Made by a program: the position numbers and the translations under genes. A stretch of DNA of 59,237 nt, taken from assembly GCA_049521795.1 (NCBI GenBank), contig JBEKOM010000012.1, positions 1 through 59,237 of the forward strand. Direction: 5' to 3'. Shown here piece after piece: positions 57,864 through 59,237 of this stretch. Under the pieces are notes generated by a model. That model was not told the origin of the DNA. It worked only from the letters and a program-made list of their open reading frames with translations, and did no database searches. The DNA is from Candidatus Bathyarchaeia archaeon (GTDB lineage: Archaea > Thermoproteota > Bathyarchaeia > Bathyarchaeales > Bathycorpusculaceae). Positions within the stretch are counted from its first letter, which is position 1; each line of letters starts with the position of its first letter.

Positions 57864-58718
57864 TCATTCGTCAAGCAACCATGAGCCGTCACACACACCT
57901 GTGTTCAAATGGCTTAAACCCTCTCTGCACGCACCGAATTTAATACCGTTTTTCTCAGCCGAGACAGCAACCTTCTCCATCAAACTTTCCCTGAGATCAC
58001 GCGGCAAATAGATGTAGCCTGCCATTCTCTCACCACTTTCAAAGTAAAGCGGTCTCAACTTGGCGGCGACTTCAGGCATGGCAGAACTAAACCTTCTCCA
58101 GTCGTCTTGCTTGACCTTGTAAGTTGAGCTGGTGATGTGCTTGACGCCTAACGTTGCAAGGGTTTCAACCAATTTTTCGAAGCGGTCATTCACAAACGGT
58201 ATAATCGGATCTATCCGCACCGCAGTCGGCAAACCCTTCTGAACCAGTTTCTCGACTGCCTTCAGACGCTCTGACACAGGAGGCGCATGCGGTTCAAGTA
58301 TCCTTGCAGTTTCATCATCGTCCGTTGTGATGGTCAGGGAAACCATTGAGGGAATCTTCACCAACAGATCAACGTCCCTGACTACAAGACTGGACTTTGT
58401 GATTATCTGAACCTTACAATTGTGTCCTGACAGGATTTCTAGGCAACTGCGCATCAAAGCCATTTTAGCTTCAAGCATCGGGTAAGGGTCAGAAGAATTG
58501 GATATGGATACGATTTCACCTGTGAGCTTCGCCGCTTCACTGTTCAGTCTTTGAATCAGATTCTTCTTCGGCCTGCACTGAGAGAATCTTGGAATATAGC
58601 TTGAAGCGTAGCAGTATGTGCATGCGTGATCGCAGCCGGTGTACGGATTGAAAGTCAGTTTTGGGGGGCACGTGCACAGGGCAGAGCGCCAAGGGTCAAA
58701 CTTTGAGATGAGGGTCAC
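57864..58718 (-). CDS. radical SAM protein (spore photoproduct lyase-like family)
   Basis: NPYTGCDHACTYCY, SSDPY, ITKS..V.RD.D, RIDPIIP. Confidence 0.92.
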   Translation of the reverse strand: MTLISKFDPWRSALCTCPPKLTFNPYTGCDHACTYCYASSYIPRFSQCRPKKNLIQRLNSEAAKLTGEIVSISNSSDPYPMLEAKMALMRSCLEILSGHNCKVQIITKSSLVVRDVDLLVKIPSMVSLTITTDDDETARILEPHAPPVSERLKAVEKLVQKGLPTAVRIDPIIPFVNDRFEKLVETLATLGVKHITSSTYKVKQDDWRRFSSAMPEVAAKLRPLYFESGERMAGYIYLPRDLRESLMEKVAVSAEKNGIKFGACREGLSHLNTGVCDGSWLLDE

Positions 58719-58874
58719 ACAGGTTCACTACTACATTTCTTGAGTGGAGCCCTAACAAAAACGATTCGTCAGGAATTTGACGAAAAGGTCTGTACACCAT
58801 GCATAGGCTCTTTCTGGCACATTGAAGTTTCACCGATATATCGTCCAGGCACCGCTTATAGTTTGATACCTCAG

Positions 58875-59237
<363 letters not shown>

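Overview
Archaeal chromosome segment. The inferred source is a TACK-lineage archaeon, most likely Candidatus Bathyarchaeia, based on archaeal ribosomal and RNAP genes, smc-scpA-scpB, multi-OB RPA, several small winged-helix proteins, cohesin/dockerin surface proteins and tRNA introns at non-canonical positions. The core block (19.2-37.2 kb) is rps13-rps4-rps11-rpoD-rpl18e-rpl13-rps9-rpoN-eno-rps2-MEMO1-mvk-ipk-fni-GGPPS-gltX-srp19, facing rps8e-scpB-scpA-smc. There are five tRNA genes: Leu-TAG (one intron), Thr-GGT, Met-CAT (two non-canonical introns), Ala-TGC and Gln-CTG. The right edge carries the 3' end of a minus-strand 23S rRNA. The strongest candidates for an undescribed system lie at 10.4-19.1 kb. 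One is a wHTH / type IV pilin / coiled-coil / two-Roadblock gene run whose pilin and wHTH promoters share a heptamer motif. The other is a cohesin-dockerin surface-assembly locus with no recognisable enzyme domain, containing a membrane-tethered HTH regulator. Other oddities are a decayed element at the 5' end of tRNA-Met with an integrase-like fragment, an AT-richer island after tRNA-Ala ending in a bacterial-type metK, an in-frame amber codon in a DUF429 gene, and intergenic (GC)n tracts. All calls come from reading motifs by eye; no database searches were run.
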